Positions 48,001-61,200 of a DNA stretch of 64,000 nt are shown here, in pieces; position 1 is the stretch's first letter; each line of letters opens with the position of its first letter. The stretch spans positions 910,286-974,285 of the forward strand of contig CATNEN010000027.1 in the NCBI GenBank assembly GCA_950097015.1. Direction: 5' to 3'. Position numbers and translations under genes: made by a program. The notes beneath the pieces are model-generated. The model made no database searches, was not told where the DNA came from, and saw only the letters and a program-made list of their open reading frames with translations. The stretch is from Macrostomum hystrix (taxonomy: Eukaryota > Animalia > Platyhelminthes).

Positions 48001-51000
48001 CCCTGACTATTCGCGTCTCGGAGTTGTAGACCCTCGAGTCCCCCCCACTCTGATATCTCCCATTTTAAAAGTACTTTTCGTCACCTCACTGAATCTGGTG
48101 GTCAAAAGAAGCTGAAAACTCAGATCTGGAAGGAAACATTATCTGTGAACACGGCTGTAAAATTTCAGAGCCCTGACTAGTCGCGTCTCGGAGTTGTAGA
48201 CCCTCGAGTCCCCCCACTCTGATATCTCCCATTTTAAAAGTACTTTTCGTCACCTCACTGAATCTGGTGGTCAGACGAGGCTAAAAACTCAGATCTGGAA
48301 GGAAACATTATCTGTAAACACGGCTGTAAAATTTCAGAGCCCTGACTAGTCGCGTCTCGGAGTTGTAGACCCTCGAGTCCCCCCCACTCTGATATCTCCC
48401 ATTTTAAAAGTACTTTTCGTCACCTCACTGAATCTGGTGGTCAAAAGAAGCTGAAAACTCAGATCTGGAAGGAAACATTATCTGTGAACACGGCTGTAAA
48501 ATTTCAGAGCCCTGACTAGTCGCGTCTCGGAGTTGTAGACCCTCGAGTCCCCCCCACTCTGATATCTCCCATTTTAAAAGTACTTTTCGTCACCTCACTG
48601 AATCTGGTGGTCAAAAGAAGCTGAAAACTCAGATCTGGAAGGAAACATTATCTGTAAACACGGCTGTAAAATTTCAGAGCCCTGACTATTCGCGTCTCGG
48701 AGTTGTAGACCCTCGAGTCCCCCCCACTCTGATATCTCCCATTTTAAAAGTACTTTTCGTCACCTCACTGAATCTGGTGGTCAAAAGAAGCTGAAAACTC
48801 AGATCTGGAAGGAAACATTATCTGTAAACACGGCTGTAAAATTTCAGAGCCCTGACTATTCGCGTCTCGGAGTTGTAGACCCTCGAGTCCCCCCACTCTG
48901 ATATCTCCCATTTTAAAAGTACTTTTCGTCACCTCACTGAATCTGGTGGTCAGACGAGGCTAAAAACTCAGATCTGGAAGGAAACATTATCTGTAAACAC
49001 GGCTGTAAAATTTCAGAGCCCTGACTAGTCGCGTCTCGGAGTTGTAGACCCTCGAGTCCCCCCCACTCTGATATCTCCCATTTTAAAAGTACTTTTCGTC
49101 ACCTCACTGAATCTGGTGGTCAGACGAGGCTAAAAACTCAGATCTGGAAGGAAACATTATCTGTAAACACGGCTGTAAAATTTCAGAGCCCTGACTAGTC
49201 GCGTCTCGGAGTTGTAGACCCTCGAGTCCCCCCCACTCTGATATCTCCCATTTAAAAGTACTTTTCGTCACCTCACTGAATCTGGTGGTCAAAAGAAGCT
49301 GAAAACTCAGATCTGGAAGGAAACATTATCTGTGAACACGGCTGTAAAATTTCAGAGCCCTGACTAGTCGCGTCTCGGAGTTGTAGACCCTCGAGTCCCC
49401 CCCACTCTGATATCTCCCATTTTAAAAGTACTTTTCGTCACCTCACTGAATCTGGTGGTCAGACGAGGCTAAAAACTTAGATCTGGAAGGAAACATTATC
49501 TGTAAACACGGCTGTAAAATTTCAGAGCCCTGACTATTCGCGTCTCGGAGTTGTAGACCCTCGAGTCCCCCCCACTCTGATATCTCCAATTTTAAAAGTA
49601 CTTTTCGTCACCTCACTGAATCTGGTGGTCAAAAGAAGCTGAAAACTCAGATCTGGAAGGAAACATTATCTGTAAACACGGCTGTAAAATTTCAGAGCCC
49701 TGACTATTCGCGTCTCGGAGTTGTAGACCCTCGAGTCCCCCCCACTCTGATATCTCCCATTTTAAAAGTACTTTTCGTCACCTCACTGAATCTGGTGGTC
49801 AAAAGAAGCTGAAAACTCAGATCTGGAAGGAAACATTATCTGTAAACACGGCTGTAAAATTTCAGAGCCCTGACTATTCGCGTCTCGGAGTTGTAGACCC
49901 TCGAGTCCCCCCCACTCTGATATCTCCCATTTTAAAAGTACTTTTCGTCACCTCACTGAATCTGGTGGTCAAAAGAAGCTGAAAACTCAGATCTGGAAGG
50001 AAACATTATCTGTAAACACGGCTGTAAAATTTCAGAGCCCTGACTATTCGCGTCTCGGAGTTGTATACCCTCGAGTCCCCCCCACTCTGATATCTCCCAT
50101 TTTAAAAGTACTTTTCGTCACCTCACTGAATCTGGTGGTCAGACGAGGCTAAAAACTCAGATCTGGAAGGAAACATTATCTGTGAACACGGCTGTAAAAT
50201 TTCAGAGCCCTGACTAGTCGCGTCTCGGAGTTGTAGACCCTCGAGTCCCCCCCACTCTGATATCTCCCATTTTAAAAGTACTTTTCGTCACCTCACTGAA
50301 TCTGGTGGTCAGACGAGGCTAAAAACTTAGATCTGGAAGGAAACATTATCTGTAAACACGGCTGTAAAATTTCAGAGCCCTGACTATTCGCGTCTCGGAG
50401 TTGTAGACCCTCGAGTCCCCCCCACTCTGATATCTCCAATTTTAAAAGTACTTTTCGTCACCTCACTGAATCTGGTGGTCAAAAGAAGCTGAAAACTCAG
50501 ATCTGGAAGGAAACATTATCTGTAAACACGGCTGTAAAATTTCAGAGCCCTGACTATTCGCGTCTCGGAGTTGTAGACCCTCGAGTCCCCCCCACTCTGA
50601 TATCTCCCATTTTAAAAGTACTTTTCGTCACCTCACTGAATCTGGTGGTCAAAAGAAGCTGAAAACTCAGATCTGGAAGGAAACATTATCTGTAAACACG
50701 GCTGTAAAATTTCAGAGCCCTGACTATTCGCGTCTCGGAGTTGTAGACCCTCGAGTCCCCCCCACTCTGATATCTCCCATTTTAAAAGTACTTTTCGTCA
50801 CCTCACTGAATCTGGTGGTCAAAAGAAGCTGAAAACTCAGATCTGGAAGGAAACATTATCTGTAAACACGGCTGTAAAATTTCAGAGCCCTGACTAGTCG
50901 CGTCTCGGAGTTGTAGACCCTCGAGTCCCCCCCACTCTTATATCTCCCATTTTAAAAGTACTTTTCGTCACCTCACTGAATCTGGTGGTCAAAAGAAGCT

Positions 51001-52826
51001 GAAAACTCAGATCTGGAAGGAAACATTATCTGTGAACACGGCTGTAAAATTTCAGAGCCCTGACTAGTCGCGTCTCGGAGTTGTAGACCCTCGAGTCCCC
51101 CCCACTCTGATATCTCCCATTTTAAAAGTACTTTTCGTCACCTCACTGAATCTGGTGGTCAAAAGAAGCTGAAAACTCAGATCTGGAAGGAAACATTATC
51201 TGTGAACACGGCTGTAAAATTTCAGAGCCCTGACTAGTCGCGTCTCGGAGTTGTAGACCCTCGAGTCCCCCCACTCTGATATCTCCCATTTTAAAAGTAC
51301 TTTTCGTCACCTCACTGAATCTGGTGGTCAGACGAGGCTAAAAACTCAGATCTGGAAGGAAACATTATCTGTAAACACGGCTGTAAAATTTCAGAGCCCT
51401 GACTATTCGCGTCTCGGAGTTGTAGACCCTCGAGTCCCCCCCACTCTGATATCTCCCATTTTAAAAGTACTTTTCGTCACCTCACTGAATCTGGTGGTCA
51501 AAGAAGCTGAAAACTCAGATCTGGAAGGAAACATTATCTGTAAACACGGCTGTAAAATTTCAGAGCCCTGACTATTCGCGTCTCGGAGTTGTATACCCTC
51601 GAGTCCCCCCCACTCTGATATCTCCCATTTTAAAAGTACTTTTCGTCACCTCACTGAATCTGGTGGTCAAAAGAAGCTGAAAACTCAGATCTGGAAGGAA
51701 ACATTATCTGTGAACACGGCTGTAAAATTTCAGAGCCCTGACTATTCGCGTCTCGGAGTTGTAGACCCTCGAGTCCCCCCCACTCTGATATCTCCCATTT
51801 TAAAAGTACTTTTCGTCACCTCACTGAATCTGGTGGTCAAAAGAAGCTGAAAACTCAGATCTGGAAGGAAACATTATCTGTGAACACGGCTGTAAAATTT
51901 CAGAGCCCTGACTAGTCGCGTCTCGGAGTTGTAGACCCTCGAGTCCCCCCCACTCTGATATCTCCCATTTTAAAAGTACTTTTCGTCACCTCACTGAATC
52001 TGGTGGTCAGACGAGGCTAAAAACTCAGATCTGGAAGGAAACATTATCTGTAAACACGGCTGTAAAATTTCAGAGCCCTGACTATTCGCGTCTCGGAGTT
52101 GTAGACCCTCGAGTCCCCCCCACTCTGATATCTCCCATTTTAAAAGTACTTTTCGTCACCTCACTGAATCTGGTGGTCAGACGAGGCTAAAAACTCAGAT
52201 CTGGAAGGAAACATTATCTGTAAACACGGCTGTAAAATTTCAGAGCCCTGACTAGTCGCGTCTCGGAGTTGTAGACCCTCGAGTCCCCCCCACTCTGATA
52301 TCTCCCATTTTAAAAGTACTTTTCGTCACCTCACTGAATCTGGTGGTCAAAAGAAGCTGAAAACTCAGATCTGGAAGGAAACATTATCTGTGAACACGGC
52401 TGTAAAATTTCAGAGCCCTGACTAGTCGCGTCTCGGAGTTGTAGACCCTCGAGTCCCCCCCACTCTGATATCTCCCATTTTAAAAGTACTTTTCGTCACC
52501 TCACTGAATCTGGTGGTCAAAAGAAGCTGAAAACTCAGATCTGGAAGGAAACATTATCTGTGAACACGGCTGTAAAATTTCAGAGCCCTGACTAGTCACG
52601 TCTCGGAGTTGTAGACCCTCGAGTCCCCCCCACTCTGATATCTCCCATTTTAAAAGTACTTTCGTCACCTCACTGAATCTGGTGGTCAGACGAGGCTAAA
52701 AACTCAGATCTGGAAGGAAACATTATCTGTAAACACGGCTGTAAAATTTCAGAGCCCTGACTAGTCGCGTCTCGGAGTTGTAGACCCTCGAGTCCCCCCC
52801 ACTCTGATATTTCCCATTTTAAAAGT
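36065..52826 (+). repeat. 170-bp satellite array, about 98 copies (left arm)
   Basis: Period 170 (tctggaagga at 36401 and 36571); a few dimorphic sites (AAAGAAGCTG/GACGAGGCTA, TGTG/TGTA, CTAG/CTAT). Confidence 0.98.
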
Positions 52827-53394
52827 GGGCACAACACAACACCCTCACTCTGAGATGCCTGCGTATTTTTAGCGTTGAGTTGCGCAACATGTAGGGATGT
52901 AATGCGCAATTGGTAATACAGGGTAATATTTTTGCCTTGTCGTGCACATGGGTCTCAATTTTTGCATGTTGGATCTGATTTTTGCTATTTGTTTTTTTAT
53001 TATTTGAAGTACTAATGCCCTCTTATGTTTGTCGGCTTTTGAGGCTTTAGCGTTTGAAGTTGAGTGTTGAGATTTCAAGCCTCGTGTTTTATAGTCTTCG
53101 CATTATTAAAAGCCTTCGTATTTTATAGTGACGATTGCGTATCCTCTATTGCATTTAGTTCTTAGTGCTTTGTCCTTACGTTTTATCGCTAATGCCTGAC
53201 AAAATAAGTGTTCTGGGGTGTGTACCGTGCTCTGTTTTACACTAGTAGCTGGAATATCCAATCAGCTGCTTTATCTGCTTCTTGCTTGCTATCTCATATC
53301 CCTATCCGAACAACCCATGCATAAATTTTCGAGTATAAAGCCTTGAGGAAAGCAGATTTCAATCGTCTGCTAGTATATTCATATATTTTTAACC

Positions 53395-56300
53395 ATGATT
53401 TTCAGTCTTCGCATCATTGCTTTACTTTCAATTTTCTTTATTTCCAAAGCAACCCACAATCGACGCATTTCTTTTTTTGAACTGTCGCCTGAATATTTTG
53501 AAGACTATAGTGATGAGTGCCTTGGCAAATCATTTCGCTGTCCCTATGGTGCTTGCGGGCAAATTCTGAGCAAGCTTTCAGCAAAGAACACTATTGAAAA
53601 CCGTCGAGTTGTCTGGCTTTATTATCAGCGTAAAATTGTCGGTAAGTCAAAATCTTCTGTTTCGAAAAGAAAGAAAACTGCTAATCATAAATCTGCTGTG
53701 GTAAGATCCACTCGAGTTGCTGTTGCTGCTTCTGTTGTGCCTGGCCGTGGTGCTGTTGCTGCTTCTGTTGTGCCTGCTCGTCGTGCTGTTGCTGCTTCTG
53801 TTGTGCCTGCCCGGGGTGCTGTTGCTGCTTCTGTTGTGCCTGCTCGTCGTGCTGTTGCTGCTTCTGTTGTGCCTGCCCGGGGTGCTGTTGCTGCTTCTGT
53901 TGTGCCTGCCCGGGTGCTGTTGCTGCTTCTGTTGTGCCTGCTCGTCGTGCTGTTGCTGCTTCTGTTGTGCCTGCCCGGGGTGCTGTTGCTGCTTCTGTTT
54001 TGCCTGCTCGTCGTGCTGTTGCTGCTTCTGTTGTGCCTGCTCGTCGTGCTGTTGCTGCTTCTGTTGTGCCTGCCCGTCGTGCTGTTGCTGCTTCTGTTGT
54101 GCCTGCCCGGGGTGCTGTTGCTGCTTCTGTTGTGCCTGCTCGTCGTGCTGTTGCTGCTTCTGTTGTGCCTGCCCGGGGTGCTGTTGCTGCTTCTGTTGTG
54201 CCTGCTCGTCGTGCTGTTGCTGCTTCTGTTGTGCCTGCCCGGGGTGCTGTTGCTGCTTCTGTTGTGCCTGCTCGTCGTGCTGTTGCTGCTTCTGTTGTGC
54301 CTGCTCGTCGTGCTGTTGCTGCTTCTGTTGAGCCTGCCCGTCGTGCTGTTGCTGCTTCTGTTGTGCCTGCCCGGGGTGCTGTTGCTGCTTCTGTTGTGCC
54401 TGCTCGTCGTGCTGTTGCTGCTTCTGTTGTGCCTGCCCGGGGTGCTGTTGCTGCTTCTGTTGTGCCTGCTCGTCGTGCTGTTGCTGCTTCTGTTGTGCCT
54501 GCCCGGGGTGCTGTTGCTGCTTCTGTTGTGCCTGCTCGTCGTGCTGTTGCTGCCTCTGTTGTGCCTGCCCGGGGTGCTGTTGCTGCTTCTGTTGTGCCTG
54601 CTCGTCGTGCTGTTGCTGCTTCTGTTGTGCCTGCCCGGGGTGCTGTTGCTGCTTCTGTTGTGCCTGCCCGTGGTGCTGTTGCTGCTTCTGTTGTGCCTGC
54701 CCGTGGTGCTGTTGCTGCTTCTGTTGTGCCTGCCCGTCGTGCTGTTGCTGCTTATGTGGGGCCTGCTCATGGAAGTAATGACGCTTGTGGTGATGATATG
54801 AGTGATTCTAGGAGTGGTGATGCTGGGAGTGATGATGCTGGGAGTGAGGATGCTGGGAGTGATGATGGTTGGAGTGATGATGCTGGGAGTGAGGATGCTG
54901 GGAGTGATGATGCTGGGAGTGAGGATGCTGGGAGTGATGATGCTGGGAGTGAGGATGCTGGGAGTGATGATGGTTGGAGTGATGATGCTGGGAGTGATGA
55001 TTCAGAAGTAAGGGACTGTACTAATGCTGAAGTTGCTGTTGATTTCGAGAGTGGTGCAAGCGGATCAATAACTAATTTAGTTTTTCATTTTCGAATAGCT
55101 TGGAGCCAGTGGAAAAATAACTTTTTTATCAGGCGGGGAGAAAAAATGCATTCGATATGTCAGAGAACCGCTTTTTGGTGGCTAAACTGCATTCGTGAAA
55201 ATTATCGACAATATTGCTCTTCGAATGTGGAAGCAAGTAACTGTGTTCTTAAATTTAAGAATCGATATCTGAACTTTCCAAATCTCAGAGCACAAAAGCC
55301 AAAATATTTCGTAAAACAGGTCGCATTATGCCAGCATCCCGCATGCAAAATAGTACACGATTTTAGAATTATAGATTTTCCAACTGAAAATGAGCCTGTG
55401 GTGGTAGTTGTTAATTCTAAAGGTGAGAAGAATCATAATCATCCAACGATGTCTAGAATGACGCCATTAGAATCAGAAAGGATAGCAAAACTACTTGAAA
55501 CTGAAGCACCAACTGATGTACATGATAGACTACTCTCGGAAATGACAGATAAAGAGATAAAGGAAAATGACTTTTCTCGATCAAAAAATTTGGATGCCAT
55601 TCGGCGGGTAAACGCGAAGCGGTTGGTTGCCGCAGAAGAACGGCTGCATAAAAATGTTGAAGTCGAAATTGCTGCTTTGCAACGAATACTGAGCGAAACA
55701 GACACAGAGAGTAAGAGTATACGCGGATACATTCAAGCTGTGTCTCGCCATCCATTTCATGTACATCTGTACCTCGAAAGACAGCTTAGACTTGTTACAA
55801 GTAGGCCGCAGTGTGTTTTACATCTAGATGCCACTGGAAGCATTTTCAAGAGAATGAAATTTCGCAGGTAGCCAAATATTTCTTACTCGCTGACAATGCC
55901 TCCGATAACGGTCAGACGCGTGGTGTGCCTAGTGGCCGAAATGATAACAAGTGAGCATAGGACCAAATCAATCCAACACTTTTTGTTTTCTGTCGCGCAG
56001 ATTTGGGCCACAACTAGCAAGCAGTACTATTATGTCGCATGACTATTTACCCGCTGTCAATCGTCACGGACTTCTCTTGGCATTGTTACATTCGTATGCC
56101 AGTCAATTTGGCACCCAGCTTAGAGCAATACCTTATTGATACGCATTGTGCGTTACGCATGGGGAAACAAATCAAGTACACGATTCCATTCATTTGCACA
56201 AATCACGTAATCCGTGCGTTCATTAATGGCATACAACTAAAGTCTAAAACTGCGAAGGCTAAAGCTATGCGGGGAATTATTTATTAGCGCATTTGTCTTT

Positions 56301-57819
56301 TTATTACATCAGGAGATTTTGAAGCGTTTGAAACTACCTTGAGTCTCACTGTAGATACATTTTTAGGGCAGCGAGATCCGAAAGAATTAAGATCAGCGAT
56401 TAACAATTGGGAAACTGAGCCCGTGGACGAAGAATATTCGCTCTACAACGACGATGAAATAATAACGATAAGGAAGAGCAGGCCGAAAGTTCTCGATTTG
56501 TTCTCTGCGCAAGGCTCTCCGTACATTTTTCTTTTCAAGTCCCGACAGGCAAGTATTGATGCAACCGACGAGCCAGCCGGGCCAATTTAAAAGCTATACT
56601 CACCAAAACTGCTGGTTTACTTGCTGAAGCACTGGTGTAGTTTAGGCTCCATTGTTTCTGCCATTTCATCGGGAGTATCAAGAGCTTCAGAAAGAATAAA
56701 GGTTGGTTTTCAAACTCTTACGTAGAATCGTTACTTTTCAGACGTTAAATCTCGAAAAACAAGGTTCGGCAAGGCTTCCAGGGTGAACGTGTCGAGTTTT
56801 ATTTGCGGACGGTTAAAATATTTAAAAACAAGATTAACAGCTTTCGACATAATCAACAAAGTAGGGAAAGCAACGTTATCTGGAAGGAGAGAAAGCACGA
56901 AGATATTTCCTTTTCTCGCGAGGAGTGGCGAAGGGCCGAGCGGGTTAGTCGTTCAAAGTACAAGCGACAGAGAACAGAATCAGCGACAAAGAATAGAAAG
57001 CAGCAAGGCACAGCAGAACGGGAACCAGGTGTGGTGCACCCGCGCTGGAGACTTCCTAACTGAGGTTTGATAGAGAATCATTGGAACCCGGAAAGTGGCT
57101 TTCTGTCGGAATAGTAATTCATTCATACATCTACTTTGCGTATGCAACCCAAGCAGCAAAGCGGGCCACCTACCATCCAGCTTCTTTACTGCATTCGCAA
57201 GGAGATTCGAGCGCTGCGATTGACATGCTAAGAGCGACAGTTTCAAACAAATGCACCCGTTTAATCTGTCCGATTCTTCAGAACGACCACTTCTACTTAG
57301 TCTATATTGACACAACACGCAAAGAACTAGCTGTCCTAGACACAAAAACCTATCTCAGATAAGTCGATACCAAAACATTTTATAAAAACTATGGCAAAAC
57401 CTAATCAAAAGCACCACCAGTATTCGCGAAGACATGCCAGAAATTTTAGGTACGTATAAAAAATAAATCAATGTTGAGATCATTGCAGTTTGATGGTCAT
57501 AGCTGGGGGTATTTGTCTGTCTGTACGCGAAAGTTCTAGTAACATCCGTGATAGAGTTCCGAGCTTTGTGCTTTCCAACAACGGAGGGATTTCTTAACAG
57601 AGCTCGAATGCATCTGGAAAGACTTGGAAAGAGAAAATGAAGAATCCACCAACTCGTGCGTTCGCTGTCATGAAGCTGAACCCAGTGCGACTGGAACTTG
57701 GCTGCAATGTGATCTTTGTGATTCATGGCTGCACCATGAGTGGCATCGAAAGATATGCACCAGCGCCACGCGCCAACGGCTACGTCTGCTGCTGTGCCGA
57801 GTACGCAGCAACGCGATAG
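53395..57819 (+). CDS. MULE/NOF-like DDE transposase fused to a Ulp1 (C48) protease and a PHD finger; about 1470 aa if about a dozen small indels are corrected
   Basis: WRKY/GCM1-type Zn finger CQHPAC...NHNH; D1 LHLDATGS (55827); YSL..VAEMITSEH..I..FL; D2 IVTDFSW/ALL (56069); CxxH ICTNH (56195); E in SNSYVES.FSDVK (56725); Ulp1 HFYLVYID (57288), VLD (57339), QFDGHS[C]GVFV (57486); PHD (57657-57800). AATAAA at 57891. Confidence 0.8.
53715..54752 (+). repeat. 33-bp coding minisatellite (AVAASVVPARR/G), about 31 copies, within the transposase N-terminus
   Basis: GCTGTTGCTGCTTCTGTTGTGCCTGCTCGTCGT repeated; one G missing at about 53913 shifts the frame. Confidence 0.95.
54790..55000 (+). repeat. 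15-bp coding repeat (DDAGS/EDAGS/DDGWS), acidic tract in the transposase
   Basis: GATGATGCTGGGAGT repeated in frame. Confidence 0.9.
57090..57560 (+). other. Ulp1/SENP-like peptidase C48 domain (frameshifted)
   Basis: WLS...I..Y start; ICPILQNDHFYLVYIDTTRKELAVLD; QFDGHS-C-GVFVCLYAK is restored by inserting a single T at 57506. Confidence 0.75.
57654..57819 (+). other. PHD finger (C4HC3-like), one extra G
   Basis: CVRC...WLQCDLCDSWLHHE[C]IERYAPAPRANGYVCCC; removing one G at about 57742 joins the two ORF-track frames. Confidence 0.75.
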
Positions 57820-58277
57820 CTGGATGGATGCACCAAGAAGTGCAGCGAAAAAATGTATACACACTAATTACTAAAAGCTACTTGCTTAAAAATAAAATGT
57901 CAATTCTGTAGTTTTGTTATAACAACAAGTCAATTCTGTAAACAATTATGGCACCGCTTTGCAATGTAAAACTGTGAATAATCTAAGCTGCAAATATTAT
58001 AAGACATATGCAAATAGTGGCCTTTGTGTGACACAGAACACTAATACGAACAAAAACCTTAAAAAAAAACAAAAATCTTCTAAAACCGAACTTAAAAATA
58101 TATTAAAGACTTTGTGAAAAAACTCTGCCTTAGCCAGTCCCAAGCCTGGTTCAAAAAGAGGAGGGCTCACGAAAAAATTACCAAAAAGCAAATCTTAAAT
58201 TATATTCAGTAAAATCAAAAAAATGAAACTACAAAAAAATACAGACTACAAAAACAATAGCTCCTTCGAAACCTCAT

Positions 58278-61200
58278 TTTTCAGCTTCTTTTGACCACCA
58301 GATTCAGTGAGGTGACGAAAAGTACTTTTAAAATGGGAGATATCAGAGTGGGGGGGACTCGAGGGTCTACAACTCCGAGACGCGAATAGTCAGGGCTCTG
58401 AAATTTTACAGCCGTGTTTACAGATAATGTTTCCTTCCAGATCTGAGTTTTCAGCTTCTTTTGACCACCAGATTCAGTGAGGTGACGAAAAGTACTTTTA
58501 AATGGGAGATATCAGAGTGGGGGGGACTCGAGGGTCTACAACTCCGAGACGCGAATAGTCAGGGCTCTGAATTTTACAGCCGTGTTTACAGATAATGTTT
58601 CCTTCCAGATCTGAGTTTTCAGCTTTTCTTTGACCACCAGATTCAGTGAGGTGACGAAAAGTACTTTTAAAATGGGAGATATCAGAGTGGGGGGGACTCG
58701 AGGGTCTACAACTCCGAGACGCGACTAGTCAGGGCTCTGAAATTTACAGCCGTGTTCACAGATAATGTTTCCTTCCAGATCTGAGTTTTCAGCTTCGTTT
58801 GACCACCAGATTCAGTGAGGTGACGAAAAGTACTTTTAAAATGGGAGATATCAGAGTGGGGGGGACTCGAGGGTCTACAACTCCGAGACGCGACTAGTCA
58901 GGGCTCTGAAATTTTACAGCCGTGTTACAGATAATGTTTCCTTCCAGATCTGAGTTTTTCAGCCTCGTCTGACCACCAGATTCAGTGAGGTGACGAAAAG
59001 TACTTTTAAAATGGGAGATATCAGAGGGGGGACTCGAGGGTCTACAACTCCGAGACGCGACTAGTCAGGGCTCTGAAATTTTACAGCCGTGTTCACAGAT
59101 AATGTTTCCTTCCAGATCTGAGTTTTCAGCTTCTTTTGACCACCAGATTCAGTGAGGTGACGAAAAGTACTTTTAAAATGGGAGATATCAGAGTGGGGGG
59201 GACTCGAGGGTCTACAACTCCGAGACGCGAATAGTCAGGGCTCTGAAATTTTACAGCCGTGTTCACAGATAATGTTTCCTTCCAGATCTGAGTTTTCAGC
59301 TTCTTTTGACCACCAGATTCAGTGAGGTGACGAAAAGTACTTTTAAAATGGGAGATATCAGAGTGGGGGGACTCGAGGGTCTACAACTCCGAGACGCGAC
59401 TAGTCAGGGCTCTGAAATTTTACAGCCGTGTTCACAGATAATGTTTCCTTCCAGATCTGAGTTTTCAGCTTCTTTGACCACCAGATTCAGTGAGGTGACG
59501 AAAAGTACTTTTAAAATGGGAGATATCAGAGTGGGGGGGACTCGAGGGTCTACAACTCCGAGACGCGAATAGTCAGGGCTCTGAAATTTTACAGCCGTGT
59601 TCACAGATAATGTTTCCTTCCAGATCTGAGTTTTTAGCCTCGTTGACCACCAGATTCAGTGAGGTGACGAAAAGTACTTTTAAAATGGGAGATATCAGAG
59701 TGGGGGGGACTCGAGGGTCTACAACTCCGAGACGCGACTAGTCAGGGCTCTGAAATTTTACAGCCGTGTTCACAGATAATGTTTCCTTCCAGATCTGAGT
59801 TTTCAGCTTCTTTTGACCACCAGATTCAGTGAGGTGACGAAAAGTACTTTTAAAATGGGAGATATCAGAGTGGGGGGGACTCGAGGGTCTACAACTCCGA
59901 GACGCGACTAGTCAGGGCTCTGAAATTTTACAGCCGTGTTCACAGATAATGTTTCCTTCCAGATCTGAGTTTTCAGCTTCTTTTGACCACCAGATTCAGT
60001 GAGGTGACGAAAAGTACTTTTAAAATGGGAGATATCAGAGTGGGGGGGACTCGAGGGTCTACAACTCCGAGACGCGACTAGTCAGGGCTCTGAAATTTAC
60101 AGCCGTGTTTACAGATAATGTTTCCTTCCAGATCTGAGTTTTCTTTCAGCTTCTTTTGACCACCAGATTCAGTGAGGTGACGAAAAGTACTTTTAAAATG
60201 GGAGATATCAGAGTGGGGGGGACTCGAGGGTCTACAACTCCGAGACGCGAATAGTCAGGGCTCTGAAATTTTACAGCCGTGTTTACAGATAATGTTTCCT
60301 TCCAGATCTGAGTTTTCAGCCTCTTTTGACCACCAGATTCAGTGAGGTGACGAAAAGTACTTTTAAAATGGGAGATATCAGAGTGGGGGGGACTCGAGGG
60401 TCTACAACTCCGAGACGCGAATAGTCAGGGCTCTGAAATTTACAGCCGTGTTTACAGATAATGTTTCCTTCCAGATCTGAGTTTTCAGCTTCTTTTGACC
60501 ACCAGATTCAGTGAGGTGACGAAAAGTACTTTTAAAATGGGAGATATCAGAGTGGGGGGGACTCGAGGGTCTACAACTCCGAGACGCGAATAGTCAGGGC
60601 TCTGAAATTTTACAGCCGTGTTACAGATAATGTTTCCTTCCAGATCTGAGTTTTCAGCCTCTTTGACCACCAGATTCAGTGAGGTGACGAAAAGTACTTT
60701 TAAAATGGGAGATATCAGAGTGGGGGGGACTCGAGGGTCTACAACTCCGAGACGCGACTAGTCAGGGCTCTGAAATTTTACAGCCGTGTTCACAGATAAT
60801 GTTTCCTTCCAGATCTGAGTTTTCAGCTTCGTCTGACCACCAGATTCAGTGAGGTGACGAAAAGTACTTTTAAAATGGGAGATATCAGAGTGGGGGGACT
60901 CGAGGGTCTACAACTCCGAGACGCGACTAGTCAGGGCTCTGAAATTTACAGCCGTGTTTACAGATAATGTTTCCTTCCAGATCTGAGTTTTCAGCTTCTT
61001 TTGACCACCAGATTCAGTGAGGTGACGAAAAGTACTTTTAAAATGGGAGATATCAGAGTGGGGGGGACTCGAGGGTCTACAACTCCGAGACGCGAATAGT
61101 CAGGGCTCTGAAATTTACAGCCCGTGTTTACAGATAATCATTCCAGATCTGAGTTTTCAGCTTCTTTTGACCACCAGATTCAGTGAGGTGACGAAAAGTA

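Noticed and set aside
36065-52826. CRISPR-like or coding array; short ORFs such as MTTRFSEVTKSTFK...
   Set aside because: No spacers; the ORFs appear only where a 1-nt indel bridges frames in the satellite unit.
53395-54801. 468-aa secreted or Leu-rich multi-pass membrane protein
   Set aside because: The VLLLLLLCL run is the out-of-frame reading of the 33-bp repeat after a single missing G; the corrected frame continues into the transposase.
52826-58278. Long-read fold-back (missed adapter) artefact as the cause of the inverted arrays
   Set aside because: The centre is 5.4 kb of unique transposase-coding sequence and the arms are not mirror copies. Not fully excluded without raw reads.
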